This document shows positions 10,198-19,920 of a stretch of 64,000 nt of DNA, in pieces. A program made the translations under genes and the position numbers. Numbering within the stretch: position 1 is the first letter of the stretch; every line of letters begins with the position of its first letter. The DNA is from an uncultured Fibrobacterota bacterium (GTDB lineage Bacteria; Fibrobacterota; Chitinivibrionia; Chitinivibrionales; FEN-1185), in NCBI GenBank assembly GCA_963729895.1, contig CAVSQB010000022.1, forward strand, positions 126,203-190,202. Reading direction: 5' to 3'. The notes beneath the pieces are model-generated. The model made no database searches and had not been told where the DNA came from. It saw only the letters and a program-made list of their open reading frames with translations.

Positions 10198-11148
10198 ATG
10201 GATTTTTACGGCAAGAAGCTGTTTCTGGCGCCTCTGGCCGGGATTTCGGACACCGTATTCCGCACCATATGCAAGGAACATGGGGCAGATGTGGTGATGT
10301 CGGAAATGGTGAGCGCAGAAGGCCTCTACTACAAGTCGAAGGCGACAGGCGCGCTCCTTGCTTTTGAAAACACGGAGCGGCCCATCGGCATTCAGCTTTT
10401 CGGCGCAACGCCGGATCACATGGCCGCCGCTGCGGAACAGGTGGAGAAAACCGCACTGCCCGATTTTATCGACCTCAACGCCGGATGCCCCGTTCCCAAG
10501 GTGGTAAGAAAGAACGGCGGGGCTTCGCTGCTCAAGGACGTACGGCTCTTTGCCGCCCTGGTGGAAGCACTTGTAAAGGCAACGTCCCTGCCGGTGTCGG
10601 TAAAGATCAGGTCTGGCTGGAGTGAACACCACTGGGTGGATGCCGAGTTTGCGCAAGCGGCCCACGCATGCGGGGCGGGCGCACTTATCGTGCATCCACG
10701 CTCCAAGACCATGGGATTTTCCGGGCATTCCTATTGGGAAAGAATCGCCATCGTAAAGCAAGCCGTGCCGATCCCCGTGATCGGCAACGGCGACATCCTC
10801 TGCGAACAGGATGCAAAGGATATGTTCGAGCAGACCGGATGCGACGGCATCATGATCGGCAGGGGTGCGCTCGGCAACCCGTGGATTTTTTCGCGCATCA
10901 AGGATTTCCTGGCTTGCAGGCCCGCGCACCTTCCCACCGCCCGGGAGCGGGTGAGTGCGGCCCGCGAGCACGTGAGGAGGTTCAAGGAGCTTTACGGAGA
11001 GAGAAGAACGGTCGCCGACATGAAGAAGCACGCATCATGGTATGTCAAGGGGCTTCCGGAAGCGGCCTCTGTTCGGACAAGTATTTTCGGGGCAACGTCA
11101 TCCGGCCAGATACAAGAGGCGCTCGAGCGGGTAGTGTGCGAAAAGTAA
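10198..11148 (+). CDS. dusB: tRNA dihydrouridine synthase
   Basis: 'LAPLAGISD', 'IDLNAGCPVPKV', 'PVIGNGDI', 'MIGRGALGNPW'. Confidence 0.92.
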   Translation: MDFYGKKLFLAPLAGISDTVFRTICKEHGADVVMSEMVSAEGLYYKSKATGALLAFENTERPIGIQLFGATPDHMAAAAEQVEKTALPDFIDLNAGCPVPKVVRKNGGASLLKDVRLFAALVEALVKATSLPVSVKIRSGWSEHHWVDAEFAQAAHACGAGALIVHPRSKTMGFSGHSYWERIAIVKQAVPIPVIGNGDILCEQDAKDMFEQTGCDGIMIGRGALGNPWIFSRIKDFLACRPAHLPTARERVSAAREHVRRFKELYGERRTVADMKKHASWYVKGLPEAASVRTSIFGATSSGQIQEALERVVCEK

Positions 11149-11227
11149 CATCATGTATATTTCGACTAAAGAAACCTGTTTCACTTTGTAAAACAAGCGT
11201 GTGCGGCAAAAGACCGGGAGGACCACC

Positions 11228-11983
11228 ATGGAGCACGATCCCCTGCGAGAAGTGTTGAAAGCGGTGGCGGAGCAGTCCGTGTCCATCGAAGATGCCATGA
11301 ATAGGCTGTCGGGACTTCCCTTTGAAGACATGGGATTCGCCCGCGTGGACCACCACCGCGCCCTTCGAAAGGGATACGCGGAAGTGATCTTCTGCCAGAA
11401 CAAGACTTCGCACCAGGTGGTTGATATTTCCAAGAACATGATGTCGCATGACGAAACCGTCTTTGGCACGCGTGCGTCAACCGATACGCTGGAGCTCCTC
11501 GAAAAGGAAATTCCGGGCGTCGAGATCAACCGGTCCGGGAGATGTTTCTGGAAAAAGGCGAAGCACTGGAAGAAACGAGACAATGTCAAGGGCCCGATCT
11601 TGATTGCGTCCGCAGGCACCGCCGACCTTCCGGTGGTGGAAGAGGCCAAATGCACCGTGGAGGTTCTCGGCCATCCCTGTGCCGTCCTCAACGACGTGGG
11701 CGTGGCCGGCATCCACCGGCTCTTTGCGCACAAGAGCGAGCTGCATGATGCGTCGGTCATCATCGTTGTTGCGGGAATGGAGGGCGCGCTGCCGTCGGTA
11801 GTCGCAGGCCTTGTGGCCTGCCCGGTAATTGCGGTGCCCACGAGCGTAGGTTACGGCTCCCATCTTGGAGGGCTGGTGCCGCTGTTTGCAATGCTTAATT
11901 CCTGTGCGTCGGGGCTAACGGTAGTAAACATCGATAATGGATTTGGCGCAGGGTATGCGGCTGTGTTGATGAATACGAAATAA
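11228..11983 (+). CDS. larB: Nickel-pincer cofactor biosynthesis protein LarB (PurE-like)
   Basis: 'ARVDHHR', 'AGTADLPV', 'DVGVAGIHRL', 'AGMEGALPSVV', 'VVNIDNGFGA'; RBS GGAGG. Confidence 0.9.
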   Translation: MEHDPLREVLKAVAEQSVSIEDAMNRLSGLPFEDMGFARVDHHRALRKGYAEVIFCQNKTSHQVVDISKNMMSHDETVFGTRASTDTLELLEKEIPGVEINRSGRCFWKKAKHWKKRDNVKGPILIASAGTADLPVVEEAKCTVEVLGHPCAVLNDVGVAGIHRLFAHKSELHDASVIIVVAGMEGALPSVVAGLVACPVIAVPTSVGYGSHLGGLVPLFAMLNSCASGLTVVNIDNGFGAGYAAVLMNTK

Positions 11984-12060
11984 GAGGCTTATATCCTGGA
12001 CATCCGGCCCCAGGGAACCAGAGCCCGCCGATTCGCAGCACTATGGTTCGCAGGAGCCTG

Positions 12061-12810
12061 TTAGAGTTTTACTTCAAAAATATACTGCCATCTTTTTCCC
12101 GTGATGTAAAATGTCCGCGTCTCGGGGTTATAGGCAATGCCGTTAAGCACATTCTGGTTGCTTGGCGCCGCGTTTTGCGCGACAAGTGATGTGCAATCGA
12201 TCACCCGGACGACAACGCCGGTCCTTGGCTGGATCACGAAAATGGAGTCGCTAAACCACACATTGGCATAGATGAGGCCCTTTGCATACTCGAGCTCGTT
12301 GAGCGAACGTAATGGTTTGCCCAAAAAGGTGACCGCAATCTTCCTTTTTATGGCGAACCGCTTATCCCTTGCGTAAAGAGTATCGCTGCCATTGCTCATG
12401 TAAAACAATGTGGAATCGGCAGTGAGCCCCCAGCCTTCGCCAGAATAGGAAAAAGAGCTCTTCAGTTCAAGCGATGGAAACCTGTAGACGGGCGCTCCTT
12501 GTTCGCGCCAGGAAAGCTGCACGAGAGAGGAGTCCATCCTTGCGCATCCTTCGGCAAAAATATCGGGAACGGGAATGGTCTTTCGGATGCTACCGTCTTT
12601 TGAATCGAGAATGCGCAGGCTCGATTGTCCGTAAAGTCCAGTACTTTCGTATAAGAGCCCCTTGTCATAGAACAGGCCCTGCGTGAAGGCTCCCGTGTCA
12701 TGGGAAATGGTGCGAACGACAACAGGGATGGAACGCGGCATGGTTCCCTCCTGGCCGGAAATCGATAAACCAAGGAAGGCGAGCGAAAAGATGACATGCT
12801 GGGTTTTCAT
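12061..12810 (-). CDS. Glutaminyl-peptide cyclotransferase
   Basis: 'FTQGL', 'ESTGLYG', 'FAEG', 'GEGWGLT', 'LNELEY', 'VLNGIA'; signal peptide. Confidence 0.9.
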   Translation of the reverse strand: MKTQHVIFSLAFLGLSISGQEGTMPRSIPVVVRTISHDTGAFTQGLFYDKGLLYESTGLYGQSSLRILDSKDGSIRKTIPVPDIFAEGCARMDSSLVQLSWREQGAPVYRFPSLELKSSFSYSGEGWGLTADSTLFYMSNGSDTLYARDKRFAIKRKIAVTFLGKPLRSLNELEYAKGLIYANVWFSDSIFVIQPRTGVVVRVIDCTSLVAQNAAPSNQNVLNGIAYNPETRTFYITGKRWQYIFEVKL

Positions 12811-12858
12811 TAAGCCAGAAAATACTATAAATGGTGCAGATCCAATGACCAAAACATT

Positions 12859-12887
12859 TTGACAATATGACACTGGCGATATATTTT
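12859..12887 (+). promoter_or_regulatory. Putative tRNA promoter
   Basis: TTGACA (12859-12864), 17-nt spacer, TATTTT (12882-12887). Confidence 0.5.
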
Positions 12888-12914
12888 TATTTCTTATTTA
12901 GTTTCCATGCTTGC

Positions 12915-12990
12915 TGGAGTGTAGCTCAGTCGGCAGAGCAAGTGGCTGTTAACCACTGGGTCGGGGGTTCGAATCCCTCCACTCCAGCCA
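12915..12990 (+). tRNA. tRNA-Asn (GTT)
   Basis: 76-nt cloverleaf: TGGAGTG/CACTCCA acceptor, GCTC/GAGC D-stem, AGTGG-CTGTTAA-CCACT anticodon arm, TTCGAAT T-loop, encoded CCA. Confidence 0.97.
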
Positions 12991-13139
12991 ATTTTACTAT
13001 CTCTGGAATACCACGAAGTACTCCCCAAAGTGCTTAAACTGGGCCTGAAATAGATTTTACCCCTTCAGGCAAATTATTCGACTTCCCCCGAAGACTACCG
13101 GTTATTACGAAAATGTGAAAACATGCGTGAAAACATCAA

Positions 13140-13321
13140 GGAATGCAGGTTTGAAAAGGTGTCCTAACAACCAGATCTTGACCACCTGATTTTGCCGAAA
13201 TAGGGTGACACTCCGATTGTAGGTGTTTCTGTGGTACAGAGGCACAGAAGGAGTGTTATCATGGTTAAGAAGAAGAATAAGAAGGTATTTCCTTCCTCGC
13301 GGAATGCAGGTTTGAAAAGGT
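13140..13321 (+). repeat. 21-bp direct repeat GGAATGCAGGTTTGAAAAGGT (13140-13160, 13301-13321)
   Basis: Exact duplicate read from the sequence. Confidence 0.85.
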
Positions 13322-13326
13322 AAGGA

Positions 13327-14631
13327 CGTGTTGCCTCATAATAAAAGGTAACCGAAGGGTCAGATTCGATGCCTCACAAATGAGGTAACCGTAACAAGGT
13401 TGAAAATGGTTTTGAGTTTTCTTTCGATAGTCTTTTTTAATTGGAATGGATTGAGAGCACGGTGGGTCAGTTCAAGGCTTTGCTTGACTTCTGAAGCTAT
13501 GTAAGGTGATTCAACGATTCTTTGATAGGGAGTTTTCGGTTCTTCATAGGTCTTGCGGTATCGAGATCCTATCCGGATTTTAGATTTGAGTTTCAGCGAT
13601 GGACAGAAGTGGTTTTGATAGAGAGACCACTCGTTGGCATAGAGGTCGTTAATGAGGGGAAGCGTGTCGGGGTTTTCGATCCGATCATAACCAAGCATGT
13701 GCCTGGCCTGCGCCCAGTTTTTCTGTTCGACATGGGCGTTGTCGTTTTTCTTGTAGGGACGTGACCGGGTGAACTTTACAGGGTCTTGTCGCACGGCGAA
13801 GTAGCGTTCGAGATGATAGTTGAGGAACTCGGACCCGTTATCACAGTCAAAGCCACGCAGGGCAAAAGGTATTCGTCGTTCGATGTCTTTAACCTGCTCA
13901 ATGACACCCTGGGAGCCCTTATTCCACACAGCACGGCCTTCGGTCCAAGCAGTATGGATGTCAGTCATGATAAGGCTCCACACAAATTCTCCGGCAAGGC
14001 TGGTGCCGCAATGGGCAACCGTATCCGCCTCCATGAATCCAGGCTGGGTAATATCCCAGTTGTCGGTACGGATGGGGATTTGATTGCGCAGCATGGAGCC
14101 GGGCTTGGTGCCGCACAATCCCTTGCCCATACGCGTACGTAAAGGGCATAGGACGCGGTCAAGCGTGGAGCGGCTGACAGAGAGGAGCCGCGCACGGACT
14201 TCCTCGGAAAGCAGTTCAAAGGATTGTTCGTAGAATGGCAGCCATACTGGAATGACAACCTTAAGGCGGCGAGAGCACATGAAATCAGAGGCTTTCCAGA
14301 TGTACTGTAACGCCTTAATAAAAAGCGGTTCAGCATATAAGGGTCTTCTTCCACGCTTGGCTTTTTGTTTCTGTTTGCGTTTTCCAAGTAGCCGGATAGC
14401 GTACTTGCGATTGTATCGGCAAATCGCACAAAACTCATCGAGAATCTGCTTTTTGCCGGCTCTGTTGGAATGGGCATATCGTTGTCGTATCGCTTCCCGA
14501 TATGCTTCTTTTTCTTTGTGCCCCATAGTGGTAACCCCCTTTTTTCTTGGGTTACCTTAATTATGAGGCAACGAATCAATTGGTGCGTGTTTCGATTAAG
14601 CCTTCGGTTACATTTAATTTGAGGCAATGCG
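13327..14631 (-). mobile_element. Insertion sequence with rve/DDE transposase; family uncertain (IS481/ISNCY-like)
   Basis: Imperfect terminal IRs TTGCCTCA..GTAACCGAAGG at 13331-13358 and 14601-14627, with inner copies at 13370-13391 and 14550-14571. No TSD seen. Confidence 0.75.
13360..14526 (-). CDS. Integrase-core (DDE) transposase
   Basis: 'EADTVAHCG', 'DCDNGSEF', 'RSRPYKKNDNAHVEQKN'; N-terminal HTH. Confidence 0.9.
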   Translation of the reverse strand: MGHKEKEAYREAIRQRYAHSNRAGKKQILDEFCAICRYNRKYAIRLLGKRKQKQKAKRGRRPLYAEPLFIKALQYIWKASDFMCSRRLKVVIPVWLPFYEQSFELLSEEVRARLLSVSRSTLDRVLCPLRTRMGKGLCGTKPGSMLRNQIPIRTDNWDITQPGFMEADTVAHCGTSLAGEFVWSLIMTDIHTAWTEGRAVWNKGSQGVIEQVKDIERRIPFALRGFDCDNGSEFLNYHLERYFAVRQDPVKFTRSRPYKKNDNAHVEQKNWAQARHMLGYDRIENPDTLPLINDLYANEWSLYQNHFCPSLKLKSKIRIGSRYRKTYEEPKTPYQRIVESPYIASEVKQSLELTHRALNPFQLKKTIERKLKTIFNLVTVTSFVRHRI

Positions 14632-14897
14632 CTATCTACAATCGTAGATGGATCGTCAGAGGACGCCAAACGCCCTGTCTTCCCGAGGCAGCATTGGCGG
14701 GGAAGGCGTGTGGTGGTCGTCCACGATGAGCGATACATCCGATTCGTGGGTACGACATACTTCTCTTGAGCGAGCGTAAGCCGCGTTAGTTACGGCATTG
14801 GTTACGGTTTCATCAGATAGTTGAAGCAAAGCGGACCAAATAGCCTTATTATTACAGGGAGGCTAATTTTTGGAGTTCTAAGCGCTTAACAACCTAG

Positions 14898-16209
14898 CAG
14901 GTTGTTGAAATAGTCCTAACAGAAGCGCTCTTGTTGATTTTTTATGAACCTAACTTCAACTTTACATATGTCAGAGAGGTTTTACCTGCCTCGTTCCGAG
15001 GCATTTCCCCGGATTCCCAGGCCATTCTCATGCTGCCCCCACCGTTTGCGGCATCAACTTAACCATGCGTATCAAGTTGTACGCTGCGGCAACCACGTAG
15101 GCAACAGTCTGGTTGATTCGTATTCCTCTTACCCGAGTTTTCCGCAGGCCACCGACGCTCTTGATCCACCCAAATATCTCTTCAACCCGTTTTCGTTTCC
15201 TTTGACTTACGCTGTATCCCTTATGCCGAGTCGTTCTTCCATCCAACCCTTTAAGCGAAGTGTTGGCCTTCTCGGCAATGTGAGGCTTCACGTGCAGGCG
15301 TCGCAGGCTCTTGATAAATTCGGTTGCATGATACCCTTTGTCTGCACCCACCGTCTTCATCCGGCGTTTTCCGCGCCTGCGTTCATGCTTTATCAGCTCA
15401 AGCGCCATATCCCGTTCCGCTGTCCCCGTCGCTGGCGCAATGGCGATATCAACACACAACCCATTTCGGTTTTCCATCAGCACGTGACCGGAATACGCCA
15501 GCTGCGCTCCCGTTCTCTTGTTCTTCCGAGCCAACCGCGCCTCTGGATCGGTCGAACTCTGATGTGTCTCATTGCTTCGCTTCTCATGGTGGAAATCAAC
15601 CGACGGATTACTCCGATCATCGTCAGTCTTGTTCGCCGATTCCGCGTCTTTTCGCTTGAAGCTCTTCATCGATGCCCAGGCTTCAATCAACGTGCCGTCA
15701 ACCGTGAAATGCTCATCGGACAACAACTCTTCGGAACGAGCAAGACGCACGATTTCCTGCATCAGCCGGTGCGCAATCTCCTGTTCCATAAGTCGATCTC
15801 GGTTCTTCGAAAACACACTATGATCAAACGATGCCGCATCCAGATCCATGTCAAGAAACCATCGGAACAGAATGTTATAGTCCAGCATCTCGCAAAACAA
15901 CCGGTCCGACCGTATCGAAAACAAAGCCATCAATATCTGTGCTTTCAAAAGCCATTCCGGCGGTATCGAAGGGCGTCCCATCCGGCTGTACATCGCCTCA
16001 AAGTCACGAGAAAGGCGGCGCAGCGCTATGTCCGTAAACTGTTTGACACGACGAAGCGGGTGCGTTGCCGGCACTCGGGAATCCGGAGAAACGAAGCTGA
16101 ACATACCGCCTTGGGCTGGCTGGGAACCTCTCATCAATACTCCTTGGTTGGGGTTCCCCTATAATATAAGGATAAATGTTTACAAAAGGGAGACTTTTTC
16201 AACACCCTG
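14898..16209 (-). mobile_element. IS5-family insertion sequence
   Basis: IRs CAGGTTGTTGAAATAGTC and reverse complement CAGGGTGTTGAAAAAGTC (16/18 match); CTAG target duplication at 14894-14897 and 16210-16213. Confidence 0.9.
15028..16137 (-). CDS. IS5-family transposase
   Basis: 'HPLRRV', 'GRPSIPPE', 'VDGTLIEAWAS', 'GADKGY', 'RKRVEEIFGW'. Confidence 0.92.
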   Translation of the reverse strand: MMRGSQPAQGGMFSFVSPDSRVPATHPLRRVKQFTDIALRRLSRDFEAMYSRMGRPSIPPEWLLKAQILMALFSIRSDRLFCEMLDYNILFRWFLDMDLDAASFDHSVFSKNRDRLMEQEIAHRLMQEIVRLARSEELLSDEHFTVDGTLIEAWASMKSFKRKDAESANKTDDDRSNPSVDFHHEKRSNETHQSSTDPEARLARKNKRTGAQLAYSGHVLMENRNGLCVDIAIAPATGTAERDMALELIKHERRRGKRRMKTVGADKGYHATEFIKSLRRLHVKPHIAEKANTSLKGLDGRTTRHKGYSVSQRKRKRVEEIFGWIKSVGGLRKTRVRGIRINQTVAYVVAAAYNLIRMVKLMPQTVGAA

Positions 16210-16221
16210 CTAGGAGAGGCG

Positions 16222-17274
16222 GTGGAAATGTTTTGTCCGGCATCTTTGAAAACTGCACCACTGCGCTTCGCAGCGCTTCTTATGGCTGCCATTTTGACAA
16301 ACGCAACAGCAGGGGGGTGGAAGCTCTTCTGGTCCGATGAATTCGACAGCACAGCGCTCAACGAGAGTAACTGGACGGTGGATCCATCAAACAATCCGGA
16401 CAACGGCGAACAGGAACATTACACAAGCGGACACGATCAGGCAAATTCCAACATATTCGTCAAGAACGGCTGCTTGATTATCGTTGCAAACAATAACGGC
16501 GGAATCACCTCCGGCCGCCTCAACACGGAGAACAAAAGGAACTTTGTGTACGGACGCATGGAGGCTCGCATGCGCCTTCCCATCACCCAGGGAATGTGGC
16601 CCGCGTTCTGGATGCTCGGCTCCAATTTCAGTTCGGTTGGATGGCCGGCATGCGGAGAACTTGACATAATGGAAGGAAGGGGGCGGCTGGCGAACTGGAC
16701 GTCCGGGTCGTACCACTTTCCCGGTTTCGACGTCTTTAACCAGTACACATTACCCACTGGGAACGTTCACGACAGTTTCCATATCTATGCCGTGGAGTGG
16801 AATACCGATTCTATACGCTGGTTTTGCGACAGCGTGAATTTCGGGACTCTTTGCAGGACCAGCGACCCGAACCTTCCCTTTGACAACGAATTCTGGTTCA
16901 TCTTTAACCTTGCCGTGGGCGGCAATTTCGATGGGAACAGTGACAACACCACCATTTTTCCGGAAAGCCTTATCGTCGACTACCTCCGGGTATACCATTG
17001 GGACCAAAGCATGAACGTCGGGGCGCCTGACGTTCGCCGAAGCCTTCCTGGGGCTGCCATCACGAATCTTGGCACGCGGCTTTCGGTTGAGCTTCCGAGG
17101 GAGCAGGTCTATTCAGCTGAAGTCGTTGCTGTAAACGGCGAGACGGTCTTTTACCGGAAAGATTTTGCCCGATCCTTTTTTATCCCAACGGCCTCGCTTG
17201 CAACGGGAGTGTATTTTGTAAATATACGCGGGACGTTCGGACAGTTGAGCAACAGGATTGTTGTCCGGCGGTAG
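16222..17274 (+). CDS. GH16 beta-1,3-glucanase-like enzyme with C-terminal sorting domain
   Basis: 'WSDEF', 'WPAFWMLG', catalytic 'ELDIME'; signal peptide; C-terminal 'LATGVYFV...RIVV'. Start 16222 or 16228. Confidence 0.88.
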   Translation: MEMFCPASLKTAPLRFAALLMAAILTNATAGGWKLFWSDEFDSTALNESNWTVDPSNNPDNGEQEHYTSGHDQANSNIFVKNGCLIIVANNNGGITSGRLNTENKRNFVYGRMEARMRLPITQGMWPAFWMLGSNFSSVGWPACGELDIMEGRGRLANWTSGSYHFPGFDVFNQYTLPTGNVHDSFHIYAVEWNTDSIRWFCDSVNFGTLCRTSDPNLPFDNEFWFIFNLAVGGNFDGNSDNTTIFPESLIVDYLRVYHWDQSMNVGAPDVRRSLPGAAITNLGTRLSVELPREQVYSAEVVAVNGETVFYRKDFARSFFIPTASLATGVYFVNIRGTFGQLSNRIVVRR

Positions 17275-17334
17275 TCCGTCTCGGGACGATAGACTTTGCA
17301 AACAGTAACAGGAGCGATTGGCGTGGATCCTCAC

Positions 17335-19515
17335 CTATTCCAACACAAACTCCCTGCTGACGCTCCGCTGATTTGACTCCGCGGTAACAACGTACACACC
17401 CTTTGGATAGCCCGAAACATCAATGATTCTGATGCCCGAGGTATTCTTACCGCTTTGATACAATATGCGACCTTGCGTATTGACTATCATAAGCCTTTCC
17501 ACCTGTAGGCCGCCCAGATTTACATGCAATTGAGTGCTTGCAGCATTTGGATACATTGCAACGGTTTCTGCGCGGGTGGCGCTTTTGGTCCGTGCACCGG
17601 CGGCGTTTTTTTCGATAAACCGGAAATAGTTGATATTAAACAGATAGCCTGATCCCTTGTAAACCAGATAAATGTTTTGCAATCCTTTTGTTAGGGCAAT
17701 CGGAGCTGTAATAGTTGTGTAGGTATTCCAATCACCTGTACCCGTGACCGCTATAGTTCCGACCAATATGCCGGTCAGTCCGCCAAGGCGGATTTCAATG
17801 GTTCCGCCACCAGTTGCGCTCGACACTCTGAATTCCGCGCTTTCGGCGCCGGTTGAACCAAAATCCACGTTCATGTATGCAGTGTAGTATCCGTCCTGAA
17901 TGCCGCCAAGCTGGTCGATGCCGCTGACGTCGGCGGTTGGCTCAACTATGACTCCTTTCAAATAATCAAAGTCTTCCGCTTCAATTGTCGCGTACGCGTT
18001 CCGGGTGATTGTTGTAGACAAAGGACAATTGACCATCAGCGAAACTGCCGTGGATGCGCTGAATGCGGTATAGTGCGCGGTATCGGCGGCCCTGTTTCCC
18101 CACAAGGTGCCGATAATATCGCTCGTGTCCCGGTTGTTATAGGCCACTTTCGCGTTGAGTTGCAGCCAGGGTATGTAGTCGGGCCTGTTTAAGTCCACCA
18201 CGTAACGACGGGCATACCGCATGAAAATTCCCTTGAAACCGCAGAGATCAGGGCCGTCCTCCGAATTGATCACATTCGATTGGAACATGGTGTTTTGAGT
18301 ATAGCCGGCTATCTTGATCGCGTCGTCGAGATACGCGGTGTCTTTGGTATGATCGTACAGCATCACCGCAGCGCCCAGATAGGTCCCTTGATTGTAGGTG
18401 GAACTCCAGTCGCCCACCGTTCCGTCATAACTGTCGTTCACCTTGCCGGTGCTTCTCACCAGTAAATACAGCTTTGACCATGCATATATCTGCGTTGCCT
18501 TTGCAAAGTACGTGGTGTCTCCGGTTGCCTGTCCCAGATACATGGCCGCGACCATCGCCGGACCGTTGATGCAGGAATTTTTCGTGGTAAGTCCCTCCTC
18601 CCACAACAATCCGCCTCCGTATCCGGTGGTCCATGCACGCGCAAACATTTCGTCAAATTGTTGCTTGGCCTTAGTCAGGTAGGTCTGGTTGCCGGTAAGC
18701 AGGCCGGCTCGCACACAGGCGATGACCGCCCAGGTAATATCATCGTTGTAATTATCCCACATCCAGTCCGCACCCTCTTTGGCGATAAATCCATTGTACA
18801 TCGCATCGAACATGTCCCTGTATTTGGCAAGGCCGGTTACTTCGTAGGCGTCGTCCACAATTTCCATTATCTCCGCAACGCCCCAGAAACCCTCGCCGTT
18901 GACATACCCTCCTGTCGCGTCCGTGGAGTAATACTTTGTCTTCCATGCCGAAAAGATCTGGTCCGCGATTCCGGCTGTGGGCGCCGCGCTCTGCGATGTT
19001 TGCAGTTGAAGCAACCATTGCTGCGCGTCACTGGAATTCGATTGCGATATCTGGACACCGGCGCCATCAGCATTCGTTCCATTCAACAGATCGAGAAGGA
19101 AATTCTGGCTGGCGGCCGTTTTCAATTGATAATAGCCTCCGCCTGCATCAGCGATGCTCCATTCAACCGTATTGTCATTTGTATTGCCGTTCTGGTCCAC
19201 ATTCACCCCGTTGGCAGGTGTCGCTGCGGCAATGTGCAGCAGTTTGCCGCTCCCAACATTCGTCAATGTGTAGAGGTTGTTCGCAAGGGAGGTAACGATC
19301 CACCGCTCGGCATCCGACTTGGTGTCGGTCCAGGTGTCAACATTCCCGCCGTCGCCCATGGAGGAGTTGGCGACATCCAGCAATTTGCCGCTTGCTTTGG
19401 ATGCAAGGGTATAGATTGCGCCGGACGCAACGCCTGCGGTTTGCGAGAAACAAACGCCGCCATTGAACAGCACCACAAACAGCAAAAGGAAGACCGGACG
19501 AATGAATGATTTCAT
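17335..19515 (-). CDS. GH76 alpha-1,6-mannanase-like enzyme: ricin-B lectin + GH76 + CBM6 + T9SS-type CTD
   Basis: QxW ricin repeats; 'YNDDITW', 'KNSCINGP', 'TYNQG'; CBM6 'IEAEDF...VDFG...GTIEIRL'; CTD 'MYPN...PKGVYVV'. Confidence 0.88.
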   Translation of the reverse strand: MKSFIRPVFLLLFVVLFNGGVCFSQTAGVASGAIYTLASKASGKLLDVANSSMGDGGNVDTWTDTKSDAERWIVTSLANNLYTLTNVGSGKLLHIAAATPANGVNVDQNGNTNDNTVEWSIADAGGGYYQLKTAASQNFLLDLLNGTNADGAGVQISQSNSSDAQQWLLQLQTSQSAAPTAGIADQIFSAWKTKYYSTDATGGYVNGEGFWGVAEIMEIVDDAYEVTGLAKYRDMFDAMYNGFIAKEGADWMWDNYNDDITWAVIACVRAGLLTGNQTYLTKAKQQFDEMFARAWTTGYGGGLLWEEGLTTKNSCINGPAMVAAMYLGQATGDTTYFAKATQIYAWSKLYLLVRSTGKVNDSYDGTVGDWSSTYNQGTYLGAAVMLYDHTKDTAYLDDAIKIAGYTQNTMFQSNVINSEDGPDLCGFKGIFMRYARRYVVDLNRPDYIPWLQLNAKVAYNNRDTSDIIGTLWGNRAADTAHYTAFSASTAVSLMVNCPLSTTITRNAYATIEAEDFDYLKGVIVEPTADVSGIDQLGGIQDGYYTAYMNVDFGSTGAESAEFRVSSATGGGTIEIRLGGLTGILVGTIAVTGTGDWNTYTTITAPIALTKGLQNIYLVYKGSGYLFNINYFRFIEKNAAGARTKSATRAETVAMYPNAASTQLHVNLGGLQVERLMIVNTQGRILYQSGKNTSGIRIIDVSGYPKGVYVVTAESNQRSVSREFVLE

Positions 19516-19920
19516 ACCTTCCCGTTTCTCGGGCCCGCTGCCGCACCTAAGAATATACAGCGTTTTGTAAGTGCTGTCCACATTGAAGCGAGGGCAAGAA
19601 TCATGTACCTCTTCAAGAGCTTGTGGACAAAAGATTGCTGAAATCAAAAGAAGCTTTTTGACTGACCCGGAGCGAATTATTTGACCACTCCCCAGGCCGC
19701 TGGGAAAATGTCATGCATGAAAACATCGGGAATGCAAAGTAGGTAAACTGTCAAGACGTAACGTTGCAATCGAAGAACCTCTCAGCAAGCTGCGAGGAAA
19801 AGGCCGATGACACAATGTTTAGCGCGAAGCGCTATTACCACACCTTGGGGAATGAAATGACAATCTTCCATGCTCCAGGAGTAGCCGCGCAAGCGAACCT
19901 TCGGGGTTAACGTATGGGAT

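Noticed and set aside
13161..14893. Integron attC sites (CCTAAC at ~13163, GTTAG at ~14785, CTTAAC at ~14885)
   Set aside because: No paired R''/R' boxes at workable spacing, no integron integrase and no cassette array.
14944..16164. 406-aa antisense ORF in IS5, and similar long antisense ORFs (58047-59294, 49111-50223, 50220-51275)
   Set aside because: Shadow ORFs opposite well-supported genes, caused by codon bias.
19770..19910. Short palindromes (CCTCTCAGCAAGCTGCGAGG, TAGCGCGAAGCGCTA) as a riboswitch
   Set aside because: No aptamer consensus; more likely degenerate REP-like remnants.
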